Positions 1-12,639 of a stretch of DNA of 64,000 nucleotides are shown piece after piece. Below the pieces are notes generated by a model. The model searched no databases, had not been told where the DNA came from, and worked only from the letters and a program-made list of their open reading frames with translations. Source of the DNA: Eledone cirrhosa (Eukaryota); the NCBI GenBank assembly GCA_964016885.1, contig OZ024752.1:32054001-32118000 (forward strand), written 5' to 3'. Both the position numbers and the translations under genes were made by a program. The stretch's first letter is position 1. Every line of letters begins with the position of its first letter.

Positions 1-142
1 AAGGGTGAAAGCAGCGATTTTTGCTTAAACCTTAATCTGTTATTTTAATAAATATTTGCTCTACGGTTTTTTTTTTAATATATATATATATATATATATT
101 ATCCTTATCGAGCCCTCTTCGGATTTTAGTCTTCACATTTAT

Positions 143-350
143 TGTGGATTGGCGGTATCGGTAGAGGGTCGGGTGTCATGCTTTGCAGCATGGAGTTACA
201 GCTCTTTATGATCTGAGTTCAAATCCTGCCGAGGTTAACTTTGCCTTTCATTCTTACGGGGACGATAAAATAAGCTACCAGTAACGCACCGGGGTCGATT
301 TAATCGACTTTCCCCCTCGCCCAAAATTGCTGGCCTTGTGCGACCATTAT
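143..350 (+). mobile_element. tRNA-derived SINE, family 1 (near full length)
   Basis: A-box-like TGGCGGTATCGG, B-box GAGTTCAAATCC, central GCCTTTCATyCTTACGGGGwCGATAAAATA...TACCAG block and GCTGGCCTTGTGC tail. About 25 related copies elsewhere in the window. Confidence 0.9.
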
Positions 351-740
351 TCTTTCCTCCATTTTGTAAAGTATTTCTGCTTTTGTTTACTACATTTTGG
401 CTTGACACGTAGTTATACTCTTGAATTTTCATAACAGATCCTGAAAAAAACATTTTCTATAATTCCCATGTGGACTGTATATTACATTATGTAGTCTTCT
501 CCCTAGCTTCCTAAGTTTAGCGTATTGAATATTACTGACAGCTTTCTAGTGCACGTCTTTATATTATGGAGTCCGTTTTTAGTTTATTGAAAGAATACTG
601 ATATGGCCGCCGTATTGTTATTTTAACGATATTCCTTCCACTTAGTTCTGTTTCTAAGATCCTCGGATATTGTTATATTCCTTACAATGTTATTTCCCGT
701 TTTCTTCTTTTGCCTTATTATTCTATAACATGGCCGCAGA

Positions 741-741
<1 letters not shown>

Positions 742-790
<49 letters not shown>

Positions 791-1165
791 TATATACACA
801 TATGTATGTATGTATATATATATATATACATTGTACATGACCGTATGTACAATATATATATATGCATACATACATATATGCATATATACTTATATATATA
901 TATACATACACACGTACATACATATATATATGCATACATATATATGCATACATACATATATATGCATACATACATATATATATATGCATACATACATATA
1001 TATATATGCATACATATATATATATATGCATACATACATATATATATATGCATACATATATATATATATGCATACATATATATATATATGCATACATACA
1101 TATATATATATGCATAAATACATATATATATATGCATAAATACATATATATATATGCATAAATAC

Positions 1166-1218
<53 letters not shown>

Positions 1219-1471
1219 CATACATACATACATATATATACATACATACATACATACACATACATACATACATACATACATACACATACATACATACATA
1301 CATATATATACATACATACATACATATATATACATACATACATACATACACATACATACATACATACATACATATACATACATACATACATATACATACA
1401 TACATACATACGCATACATACATATATGCATACATACTTACATACATACATATATACATATATATACATAC

Positions 1472-1510
<39 letters not shown>

Positions 1511-1578
1511 CATATATATACATATATATATATATACATATATATATACATATATATATACATATATATACATACATA
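742..1578. repeat. compound (TA)n/(TACA)n microsatellite
   Basis: Direct inspection. Abuts the 3' end of the minus-strand RTE-derived element. Confidence 0.97.
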
Positions 1579-2189
1579 TGGTGGCTGCCAACTCGTTTTC
1601 GAGTACGGCCACTACTTTATATCCATGTAGGAGAACCCCTACTGATGCGCTAAACAAGTGTGACTTTTTAGTCCAGCCAACGACTTGAAAACTCTGGTAC
1701 AAACACTACACCTGTGACAATTATTGACACATAGTGCTGGGCCCATGGTACCATGTGACGACAAGTGCAGAGAGATCTCCAGATATAAAGCAATGCCTGT
1801 GCCGTGAAGCTTTTATAGTGAGCAAAGGCACTGCACAAAGCCAGTCCCACTCTCTTAACCAAGATGATATTTACCAAAAAGAATAACAAGTCAACATCAT
1901 TGGATACCATCAGGGTTGCAGGCGTTATATCAGAGTTTTCCTTCTCCTAGAATTCTGCCTTGACAAAGGCTAAGGGGTCATCTCTCCCGGTGATTTTGGA
2001 TGGCCATTGACTCTTAAGAGCTCCTTTGCCCTTTGACAGGATTTGTTTTTAGTCCTGCAGGATGTCCAAAGTCACCCTCCTCACCAAGAAACCTTGGTGG
2101 GGTTGCCCGTTTAGTCGCCAACGACCCACACCATGAGACAGGTTGTACTGGGATACATGTTACCAGTAGTACCAACTGGTGACCTGACA
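1579..2189 (-). mobile_element. ~610-bp non-autonomous RTE-derived element, copy 1
   Basis: Highly similar to 17376-17966 and 61955-62365. Contains RTE 5'UTR-like motifs (minus: GTCG..GGCGACTAAACGGG; CTAGGAGAAGGAAAACTCTG). No credible ORF. 3' end runs into (TATG)n. Confidence 0.75.
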
Positions 2190-2865
2190 TAATATACATA
2201 CATACATATACATACATACATACATACACATATATACATACATACATACACACATATATATATGTATACATACAGATATATATATATATACATATATATA
2301 TGTATACATACAGATATATATATATATACATATATATATGTATACATACAGATATATATATATATACATATATATATGTATACATACAGATATATATATA
2401 TATATACATATATATATGTATACATACAGATATATATATATATATACATATATATATATGTATACATACAGATATATATATATATACATATATATATGTA
2501 TACATACAGATATATATATATATACATATATATATGTATACATACAGATATATATATATATACATATATATATGTATACATACAGATATATATATATATA
2601 CATATATATATGTATACATACAGATATATATATATATACAAATATATATGTATACATACAGATATATATATATATACAAATATATATGTATACATACAGA
2701 TATATATATATATACAAATATATATGTATACATACAGATATATATATATATATATATATGTATACATACAGATATATATATATATACATATATATATACA
2801 GATATATATATATATACATATATATATGTATACATACAGATATATATATATATATATATACATAC

Positions 2866-2901
<36 letters not shown>

Positions 2902-2933
2902 ACATACAGATATATATATATATATATACATAC

Positions 2934-2969
<36 letters not shown>

Positions 2970-3059
2970 ACATACAGATATATATATATATATATATACA
3001 TACAGATATATATATATATATATATACATACAGATATATATATATATATATATACATAC

Positions 3060-3102
<43 letters not shown>

Positions 3103-3103
3103 C

Positions 3104-3146
<43 letters not shown>

Positions 3147-3235
3147 CAGATATATATATATATATATATACATACAGATATATATATATATATATATACA
3201 TACAGATATATATATATATATATATATATACATAC

Positions 3236-3280
<45 letters not shown>

Positions 3281-3281
3281 C

Positions 3282-3316
<35 letters not shown>
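2190..3316. repeat. (TA)n tract with higher-order ~38-bp unit containing GTATACATACAGA
   Basis: Recurrent CATACAGA interruptions at regular spacing (about 38 bp in 2260-2750). Confidence 0.95.
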
Positions 3317-3319
<3 letters not shown>

Positions 3320-3411
3320 AGATTTGAATGGATACAGTTTAGTTGAAAGGAATTTATTGACACGTGTTTCTATAACAGTTACATAACCTAAAACAGCTAT
3401 CTACAAACTTT

Positions 3412-3472
3412 TAGTTATGCAGACATTCAATATTTCAATGTTATTGTTTACTGTCATTTCATCAGAATAATA
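3412..3472 (-). ncRNA. putative degenerate type-I hammerhead ribozyme
   Basis: Minus strand reads CTGATGA-aatg...catt-GAAA-TAT tga ATG-TC. Stems II and III pair; stem I is weak. Confidence 0.55.
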
Positions 3473-4060
3473 TTACTGAGGACCTATTTAGTTTTTATAG
3501 AGAATATTAGGAGGAAGGGGTGAAGTTGTTAGAAGAATAGTTGAAGGAGTGGTTTTTCGATAGCAGTGAGAATTCTTGGTGGCAGTGATTAATTAGATTC
3601 CCATCTGTTGTTTTGACATTTTTTATAGAATATATTATTGGTTATTTTTCTAAATCTATAGAAGGATTAGAGATAGTAAAGATATGCGTGGTTGGTTTTG
3701 TGTTTGCACTTAACATTCAGACTTAAATTTTTCTTTCAAGTGTACGTATTCTTTCACCCACGCATTCACACACAAATATATTTGCACACCTCTACAAAAT
3801 ACATATACTCACAATTCACATATTCATACTTACATATATATACACATGCATACACATATATATACACACATGTATTCATGTACATACATACGCGCTCATG
3901 TGTATACATTTTCATACTCAACTTATCTTTATATATACACACGTATAGACACACACATATATACATACATACTCTAGTCCATGTGTACACACATACACAT
4001 ACATACACATCCATATACACATACATACATACACATATATATATACATATATACATATAC

Positions 4061-4107
<47 letters not shown>

Positions 4108-4422
4108 CATATATACACACATATACACACACACATATATATATATATATATAAGCACTTTAATACATGAATACACTTACATCTAACTATACACATCAAA
4201 CATATATATATATTTACTTATTTATATACATTTTCACATATATATACATACTTATGGACGTTTTTAGACACATTCATTATCGCATATTTGTACCTATTCT
4301 CATCAGCATATCTTTTCATTATTAGTATGGTAATTTAAGGTTATTAATATATGTTGAAAAGAGATTGTTTTTATATTTTTCTAACTAGATTAAGGTTTAT
4401 ATAGTTGGGGGATGTCCCTCTT

Positions 4423-5403
4423 TTATGTAATATTCGGCTTGTAGTGGGAAAAAAGGGTTTTAGTTCTGTGACGGCAGAATAATGTTCGTTCAATTCTGTT
4501 ATTCAGCAGTTTCTTCTTGTGTGTGATTATGTAATAAATCTCAAGATTACACAATTTGCAGAAATTTTGGCTCCTGGAAAAGCTTTGGGTTTTAGCTAAT
4601 TTTTCCCATTTTAGGGTAAACTTTTGATTGCTATCCCTGAGCGTCCAAGCTTTCTCTGCTAAAGTTGTTACATTTCTTTGGCTCTGGTGTTTTATTGAGT
4701 AAGAATGCCTATACAATCGAGATTTAAACGATGTTGCCGTTGATCCCACGTAATACCACTCGTTGCCTCCGGATTTAATGGTACACTTATAAATAATATT
4801 TTTTTCCAGGCAGTTATTGCCGAGGGGGCAGTTGTCAGGATAGGTGCAGTTACAGTTGTGTACGTTGGGTTTTCTCTGGAGTAGTATTGCGGACGAACTT
4901 AGGTGTGGTTTATTTATGTTCTGTAGTGTATTGTCTACTGTTTTTTTGGGGTTCTTTGTACTTAAGTTCTTAGTGTTTTCGTTTAACCTTCTAGTATTGA
5001 TCTTTTTTATGTGTTGTTCAAGGTTTAACGCTGTAGAGTATGACAGTCTTATAGTGGTAGGGTTTAGGATTTTGTGGTATTTGTGTGATGTGGGAAAATG
5101 TCTTTTAATTATTTTAAAGAAGAGTACTGGTAAATTTGTACTAATGGAGCTATTGTATTCGGGGTTATACCATAAGTACTCTTTGCATCGCTTTCTATTA
5201 GTTTTGTTTGTTGGTTTACTGGTGTGCATACTATGGTAGTAAGTGTGGTTTGGTGTTGTGTTATTATATCTACCTATGTGGGATTTATTTTGGGTGTTTT
5301 GATTGTTCCCATCTATGTACTCTATTTTGTTGAGGTAGCCTGCTTTACTAAGGGCGTTATCGTAGTACTCGGCGTGTTCCTTAAATACTTGTATGTTAGA
5401 AGA
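4423..5403 (-). pseudogene. PLE ORF 3' part: RT thumb, CxCx5Cx5C linker, GIY-YIG endonuclease
   Basis: Motifs [81 protein letters not shown]. Stop-free over about 325 codons. The track's N-terminal extension is microsatellite. Confidence 0.92.
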
Positions 5404-5421
5404 TATACATATATATATCTG

Positions 5422-5471
<50 letters not shown>

Positions 5472-5485
5472 CAGATATATATATG

Positions 5486-5516
<31 letters not shown>

Positions 5517-5586
5517 GTTTACATACAGATATATATATATATGCATACAGATATATATATATATACATATATATATGTATACATAC

Positions 5587-5625
<39 letters not shown>

Positions 5626-6148
5626 TATATATGTTTACATACAGATATATATATATGAATATATATGTATACATACAGATATATATATATATATATATGC
5701 ATATATATGTTTACATACAGATATATATATATGCATATATATGTATACATACAGATATATATATATATGCATATATATGTATACATACAGATATATATAT
5801 ATATATATGCATATATATATGCATACAGATATATATATATACATGCATATATATATATATATGTATACATACAGATATATATATATATATATGCATATAT
5901 ATATATATGTATACATACAGATATATATATATATATGCATATATATATATATATATGTATACATTAAGATATATATATATGCATATATATATATATGTAT
6001 ACATACAGATGTATATATATATATATGCATATATATATATATATGTATACATAGATATATATATGTATACATACAGATATATATATATATGCATGTATAT
6101 ATATATATATGCATATATGTATATGGACGTACAATATATATATATATA

Positions 6149-6192
<44 letters not shown>
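5404..6192. repeat. (TA)n tract with CATACAGA interruptions
   Basis: Same diagnostic motif as the tract at 2190-3316. Confidence 0.95.
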
Positions 6193-6198
<6 letters not shown>

Positions 6199-6463
6199 AT
6201 AGTAACAAATGGAAACTATATTTATATTTATTAAACCATATTTATTTCATTATACATATTTCTATATTATATTTTATCTGATGAAAGCGCACCATAATTT
6301 GCTTTGGTGTCCTTGAAATATGTATAATGAAATAAATATGGTTTTATAAATATAGTTTCCATTTGTTAATATATTGTATTTTTACTCCAAAAATTTGTTG
6401 AGTGCTTTATATCAGTTATAAAAATATTTGCTTGTTGTATCCCAACAAATTAAATATAACTTC

Positions 6464-6466
<3 letters not shown>
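6193..6466 (+). mobile_element. short fold-back pLTR-type element with hammerhead (6271-6333)
   Basis: Inverted arms 6193-6262 / 6315-6378. Hammerhead: ATTTTAT-CTGATGA-stem II-GAAA-TATGTA-TA-ATGAAAT. Tail TACTCcaaaaatttgttGAGTG. Flanked by (TA)n. Confidence 0.75.
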
Positions 6467-6523
<57 letters not shown>

Positions 6524-6557
6524 GTCCGTATATATAAATATATATATATAGTGTCCG

Positions 6558-6588
<31 letters not shown>

Positions 6589-6605
6589 GTGTGTAGTACA
6601 TGTCC

Positions 6606-6648
<43 letters not shown>

Positions 6649-7379
6649 CCTTGTTTGTATGTATATATAATGTATATATATTCCAAATCATGTACGTATA
6701 TGTATGTATGTGTGTGAGTGTGTGTGTATATATATACATACATACACCACTCAGCCTTTTCAGTGATATTAATGCTTTGTTTTCTGCAACAGTAACTGCA
6801 TCTCACATTTCTCTGGGTTTTTTTCTCTTTATTATAGTTACAAGACATTTCATATCGAAATCTGCGTGCCAATATTTCTACTGAAAACACTAACAAACTC
6901 TATTGAATAATCCTGTTCAAATAATCCGGTTTGATTCAAGTCTGTGTGTCGTCCATGAACATCAGGTGATTGATTCTTTCGTTGCATTCATTGTTCTTTA
7001 TATATATATATATATTGCAAAATAAAAATTTGAGTTTGTAGTTGTGTAATGTATTTGCAATGACAAATAGTTGAGATATAAATTCCACGTGGAAAATACA
7101 TATTTTAATGTCAATACTCTTTCAGCATCTTTATAGTTGGAAACTGAAACTCGTTTCAGTGTGTATTAATCTATTCAATTAATCAATTTAAACGTCCGTA
7201 TAGAGCTAATATGTCATAGGAATAGGAACGTTATCTAATGCCCCCTACAATTAAAAAACAAAATCAAGAGAGAAATGTTAGCTACAAAGTCTAGGGGCCG
7301 TATTAAATCTGGGATCATATTGTACACGAGTAAACACACCATATTTATATGTATCTTTCTTTTAGTATATACGAAAAAA

Positions 7380-7856
7380 TAGATTTGGTTCTGTATTTAT
7401 AGAAGGGGGTTTGGTTCTGTGTTTATAGAAAGTGGCTTTGGTTCTGTGTTTATAGAAAGTAGGTTTGGTTCTGTGTTTATAGACAGTAGGTTTGGTCTTG
7501 TGTTTATAGAAAGTAGGTTTGATCGCATGTTTATAGAAAGTAGGTCTGGTTCTGTGTTTATAGAAAGTAGGTTTGGTTCTGTATTTATAGAAAGTAGGTT
7601 TGGTTCTGTGTTTATAGAAAGTAGGTTTGGTTCTGTATTTATAGAAAGTAGGTTTGGTTCTGTATTTATAGAAAGTAGGTTTGGTTCTGTGTTTATAGAA
7701 AGTAGGTTTGGTTCTGTGTTTATAGAAAGTAGGTTTGGTTCTGTGTTTATAGAAAGTAGATTTGATCGATGGTTTATAGAAAGTAGGTTTGGTTTTGTGT
7801 TTATAGAAAGTTGGTTTGGTTCTATGTTTATAGAAAGTAGGTTTGTTTCTGTGTTT
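7380..7856. repeat. 27-bp minisatellite, ~17 copies (GTTTATAGAAAGTAGGTTTGGTTCTGT)
   Basis: Direct tandem repeat. Explains the FIESRFGSV ORF. Confidence 0.97.
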
Positions 7857-8810
7857 CTTTACGACTCCTGATCAACATCTACTTTATGTTCTAGTTCATT
7901 ATTCCAAAAGCTTGACCACTTCTGTCTTGATGCAATATCATCTGACAGAATATATTCTTGGTCTTCAATATATAATTCAGTGGTCGATATAATTTCCTTT
8001 CACTTTCATTGTAAATATTTTTATGTTTTCCTTTCTATAGTTTGTTCCACAGCCTTTATCTATTAGCTTCACTTCGATTCATTATATTATTTCTTCTAAT
8101 GCAGTCTGAACACATTTTCGTCTTAATCTATGCTTTACCTTTCTAATGTTACATAAATGTCAGTTTTTACATTATAATTTTGAACTTAACGAAAGCTGAC
8201 CCAAGTCAACCATACTTGTTGCTTTTGACTGGGAAGAAGGAAAAATAAAATAAAATAAAAAGGACAGGCAACCGGATATTATATTCAAGAACCAGGAGAT
8301 AACGTTTCCTTTATAGAGAAATTTGTGTTAGTGGAGGATTGTAGATCACAAAGAGAATTTCAGAAGTTATTCCTATATGAATGTATGGCAACATAGGTAT
8401 TTAGAATGCAAGGATTGATAATAGAAATAGAATGATAATAGTAACTGCTTTAGGAATGACGACGACATACGCATGTAGATAATACATATGGTGAGATTGA
8501 AGTGTTCAAAGACGTAAGTGCAACGTGGAAATTTAATAAGAAAAAAAATATAACAACTAGTTAATGTATAATTGTTACATATGATGCAGTCGACAGTAAA
8601 AATACCACAGAATAATAAACATAGAGAAAAATAAACACAATGATAGATCTAGCGATAAGATATATGTAACAATAATAAAGACTTGTGCATTTATAAATTA
8701 TGTGTGATTGTAAGTAAAATTAAACAACAACTTCCTTTGGAGAATTTCGGCGTTCTTGTCCCCTCCCCCGACACATCCCTACTCACGTGTGTGTGTTATG
8801 TGCAAACATA

Positions 8811-8912
<102 letters not shown>

Positions 8913-9004
8913 AACAGAAAATGCAGGATAACAAATAAAATGAGAAATAAATCGAAAAAGCGACTGAAAGAGAAAGATATAGAGAAAGAGAGAGGGAGAA
9001 AGAA

Positions 9005-9054
<50 letters not shown>

Positions 9055-9100
9055 GTTTCGCATTTTCTACCCGCCGAAATGCGATTCTCGTTGAATTTAT

Positions 9101-9291
9101 ATAGGAAAAAGTATGACCCCGACGGCAGAGCTCAAGCCGTTTCGACGGCTATTTCCTGAAATAGCTGCTGAAACGGCTTGAGCTCTGCCGTCCGGGTCAT
9201 ACTTTTTGCTATTACCCACTCTACTACCCTAAGTATTGAGTACTCTGGTGCGTTATGGTCCATCTTGTTCCTTACCACAATTCCTTCGTTA
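9101..9291 (+). mobile_element. short fold-back element, family E, copy 1 (5'-truncated hammerhead)
   Basis: Inverted arms around CGGCTATTT-cctg-AAATAGCTG, then GAAA-CGGC..GCCG-TC. Tail ACTCtactaccctaagtattGAGTAC. Homologous to 12640-12830, 38655-38770 and 47715-47770. Confidence 0.75.
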
Positions 9292-9366
9292 TATATATAT
9301 ATATATAAGTATGCACGCGAACACATACATATGGGTTATATCGATATAACCCATATATACATGTGT

Positions 9367-9397
<31 letters not shown>

Positions 9398-9466
9398 CGT
9401 GCGTGCATGCGTGCGTACTTACATTTATGTATCAGCTGTGCTAGAGCGAGAAACCTAAATTCTAAT

Positions 9467-9510
<44 letters not shown>

Positions 9511-10104
9511 TTGAATAACTACCCAATCAGTTATCCTTAGGAAAGAACTAGTCATTCATTTGATGCAGTCAGTTGCAGAGTGAAAGAAGAAGAGACGAAT
9601 TCCCTATAACACTAGTCATATATTTAAGATAGAATTATTAATGGCGTGTATTTCTTTTAAGAAAAAACACAATGAAACAAAATAATATACGTTTCGTATA
9701 TTTGTCCCCAGAAAGTTCTCTGGAAAACTACCATTTATCTGTCATTCAATTATGGGTTTCAATTTATATAGAATTCTGATGACAGTCTGAGAAATCCTTA
9801 AGTTTGATAAAGTAGAAACAAATGTGAAAAAATAAATAGAATTAACATCAAAATGAAATATATATATAAAAAAAAATAGAATAAAATTCCCTGCAATGTT
9901 TAAAATAACTATCACAATACTTAGCCCCCACCCCCACCCCGATGCATTATCAAGAAAAAAATAAAATAAAAACGCAAAGCGTAACTCAAGATTCCACCTT
10001 AATTTCAGGAATCTTGTAAATTTCAAAAGAAAAAAAAATGGTATTTTACTAAAGGCCCCGTGAGAAACCAACAAGAAAAACACACTTATACACACAAAGA
10101 AAGA

Positions 10105-10199
<95 letters not shown>

Positions 10200-10204
10200 C
10201 TGTG

Positions 10205-10607
10205 TGTAGAAGGAGGTGAGTAATATTGTAGAACAATAAAACTATGCATATATCAGATAAGTAGCACTCAACAGTTGGTAGAACTGGAGTATATATTAAA
10301 GAAGAAATTAAAGGATGGTTGAAGAAGTTCCATATATTTTATTATGCGCATTTCGAAAACAACATCATCCTGGCACAAATATTGTGTTCTCATCAGATAA
10401 ATTAAGGTAACAGGATATGAGGCCTAAAAACACTTGTCAACAGTAGGTTTTGCACTTTCCTGTTGACAAGTGTTTTTAGGCCTCATATCATGTTACCTTA
10501 TTTTATCTGATGAGAACACAATTTTTGTCCCAGGATGATGATGTTTTCGAAATGCGCATAATAAAATATATGGAACTTCTTTAACCATCCTTTAATTTCT
10601 TCTTTAT
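10205..10607 (-). mobile_element. fold-back element, family B, copy 1, hammerhead in both arms (plus-strand copy 10499-10568)
   Basis: ~150-bp inverted arms 10297-10445 / 10459-10607. TATTTTAT-CTGATGA-gaaca..tgttttc-GAAA-TGCGCA-TA-ATAAAATA. Homologous to 23826-24263. Confidence 0.85.
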
Positions 10608-10620
10608 ATATATATATATA

Positions 10621-10818
10621 AGTTTATCCCGGGTTCAATCGGGGGTAACCACAGTAAGGTACTCAATACATAGCAGAGTATAAATGTTTAATATAGACAT
10701 GGCTTCTACAAGATTAGAAATGTTTCATTCGGGAGAAATCATCAGGTTTTCTTGATGATTTCTCCCGAATGAAACACTTCTAGAAGCCTAGTAGAAGCCT
10801 CTTCTATATTAAATGTCT
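10621..10818 (-). mobile_element. fold-back element, family D, copy 1 (hammerhead-bearing, more diverged)
   Basis: Reverse complement aligns by eye to 12091-12300. Minus strand reads CTGATGA-tttctcccgaat-GAAA-ca..tg-TA. Confidence 0.75.
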
Positions 10819-10883
10819 ATATATACATACACACACAAACAAACAAACAAACACACACACACACACATATATATATCTATATA

Positions 10884-10943
<60 letters not shown>

Positions 10944-10949
10944 TATATT

Positions 10950-11631
10950 ACTGATTAATGTTCAGAGCCATCCTCAGCATTCTCGTGTAGCACGCATCCA
11001 CCATCTGAGTGAGTTTCTTGGTCAGTGTCCAAGTCTCAGACCCATACAGCAGCACATACTCCACTACAGCAACGAAGAGGCGGATTTTCAGATCTTTACG
11101 AAGGTCTGACTCCCACACTGATCTCAAGCTGTGGCACGCCGCCCAGGCTTTGCTCTTCCTCTCAACCACCTCATCTTTCGTATTCCCAATCTTTGCTCTC
11201 AAATACAGGAAGCCCTCAACCAATTCCAGCGGCTTCCCGCCTACATTAGTGATCCCCTCTGGCTTCTCAACATTCTCTACCAGATATTTTGTTTTAGTCT
11301 CATTCATTCTCAGCCCCACACTCATCAACACAATCTCAACCTCCTGCATCAAATCCTCTGCTTCTCCTTCACTGTATTTCTCACCAAGACTTTGTCGTCG
11401 GCAAATTCAGCATCTGATACCTTTTTTCGCCTTAACTCTCCTGCTCTGAGCCGGTGCTACAGTAAAGCCAGAGTCCTGGACACACTGAAAGAGGAAGACC
11501 AAGGTTAACAACATGATGCCCTAAGGAAAGACACTGGTCTGTTGGAGACGCAGGACATGGCAACGATAATGAGGGACAGAGACCGCTGGAGAGAACTCGT
11601 CCATGGATCTCGGGAATTTTACCCGCCCTAG
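10950..11631. mobile_element. RTE-clade LINE remnant with 5' inversion (RT on minus 10950-11476; C-terminus on plus 11477-11631)
   Basis: Minus: DAEFADD..VGLRMNETKTKYL..FLYL..LLYGSETWTLT..CYTRMLRMALN. Plus: RGRPR..DALRKDTGL..MRDRDRWRELV..stop. Frameshifted. Confidence 0.88.
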
Positions 11632-11633
11632 AG

Positions 11634-11664
<31 letters not shown>

Positions 11665-11709
11665 TAGATACACACACTTAAACAAACAAACAAATATATA
11701 TATATATAT

Positions 11710-12054
11710 AATTAAATAAATACAATATCGGAGAAAGCTTTTTAGCGATACTCCGGCCAAATTCCTACTCACTCAACAAACATTAGGAATTAAGTGATTA
11801 TATTCCCAATTAAGCGTTCGGGGTGGTAACTTAAAGTATTGCGTGGAAAATTGGCTGTATTATTTGATATGAGACATATCTAACATATCTCTTCGCAGAC
11901 GGACGTCTCGCTTCATTATAGGATTCCTACAATTTGGGTAAAATTATACCAATTTATGTAGGAGCTTGTATACCATCAATAGATATATATTCAAGTGGGC
12001 TCCTATAATTCATCAGTGGGTGCCCTAATAACACTAATATTGATAATCTAACCA

Positions 12055-12055
<1 letters not shown>
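11710..12055 (-). mobile_element. TA-embedded element with degenerate hammerhead (11895-12023)
   Basis: Minus strand reads CTGATGA-ATTATAGGA...TCCTATAAT-GAAG-CG aga CG-TC. Stem II has 9 bp; stem I is poor. Confidence 0.5.
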
Positions 12056-12090
<35 letters not shown>

Positions 12091-12093
<3 letters not shown>

Positions 12094-12297
12094 TTTTAAT
12101 ATAGATGAGATTCTACAGGACTAGAACTGTTTCATTCTTTAGAAATCATCAGGAATCTCTCATCAGATTCCTGATGATTTCTAAAGAATGAAACAGTTCT
12201 AGTCCTGTAGAATCTCATCTATATTAAAACGTTTATACTCTGCAATGTATTGAGTACCTTACTTACTGTGGTTACCTCCGATTCAACCCGGAATAAC

Positions 12298-12300
<3 letters not shown>
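12091..12300 (+). mobile_element. fold-back element, family D, copy 2
   Basis: Perfect ~66-bp inverted arms 12093-12158 / 12165-12230. Tail TACTCtgcaatgtattGAGTAC. (TA)n on both sides. Confidence 0.88.
12165..12215 (+). ncRNA. type-I hammerhead ribozyme, canonical core
   Basis: AGATTC-CTGATGA-tTTCtaaaGAAt-GAAA-CAG ttctagtc CTG-TA-GAATCT. All three stems pair; GUA cleavage triplet. Identical copy on the minus strand at 12108-12158. Confidence 0.85.
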
Positions 12301-12334
<34 letters not shown>

Positions 12335-12341
<7 letters not shown>

Positions 12342-12610
12342 AAACGAGTTATTGTTTAAGGTTATCCAAGTAACGAGTAATCTGTACCGTGGATGATGTT
12401 AACGTGTGGCGTTGGATGACTCAATAAGATGTTTACTTAGTTGTGGCATTGTGGTGACCGATTTCGGATATTTCCGAAGTAAGCAATTCCTGCAGTATTA
12501 ATAATGAATGAAGTTTAACTCGGATGAGGTATAAAATAGGGTTTTATTCGAAGCATTGGAATAAAACCCTATTGTATAGCTTATCCATGTTAATCTTCAG
12601 TCATTCGTTA
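12335..12610 (-). mobile_element. 3' end of family J/K element with short inverted arm
   Basis: Minus-strand actaagtaaacatcttattgagtc..caacgcc..cgttaa..atcca..gtacaga.tactc matches 37750-37860. Imperfect arms 12499-12549 / 12559-12610. Confidence 0.7.
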
Positions 12611-12639
12611 TATATACATATATACAGTATATATATATA

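Larger units (their letters stand above)
3316..5403 (-). mobile_element. 5'-truncated Penelope-like element (Hydra-clade-like): ORF end, 3'UTR, hammerhead-bearing pLTR
   Basis: GIY-YIG ORF followed on the minus strand by a CA/TA-rich UTR and CTGATGA...GAAA...GTC motifs. Both ends abut (TA)n. Confidence 0.8.

Noticed and set aside
620-740. LINE 3' end remnant ([10 protein letters not shown])
   Set aside because: Only a weak resemblance to the DR..W motif.
1668-1910. 80-aa ORF conserved in three copies
   Set aside because: Conservation reflects recent repeat copies; no domain signature.
7419-7871. FIESRFGSV repeat protein or CRISPR-like array
   Set aside because: Spacerless 27-bp minisatellite; the frame is open only because the unit is a stop-free multiple of three.
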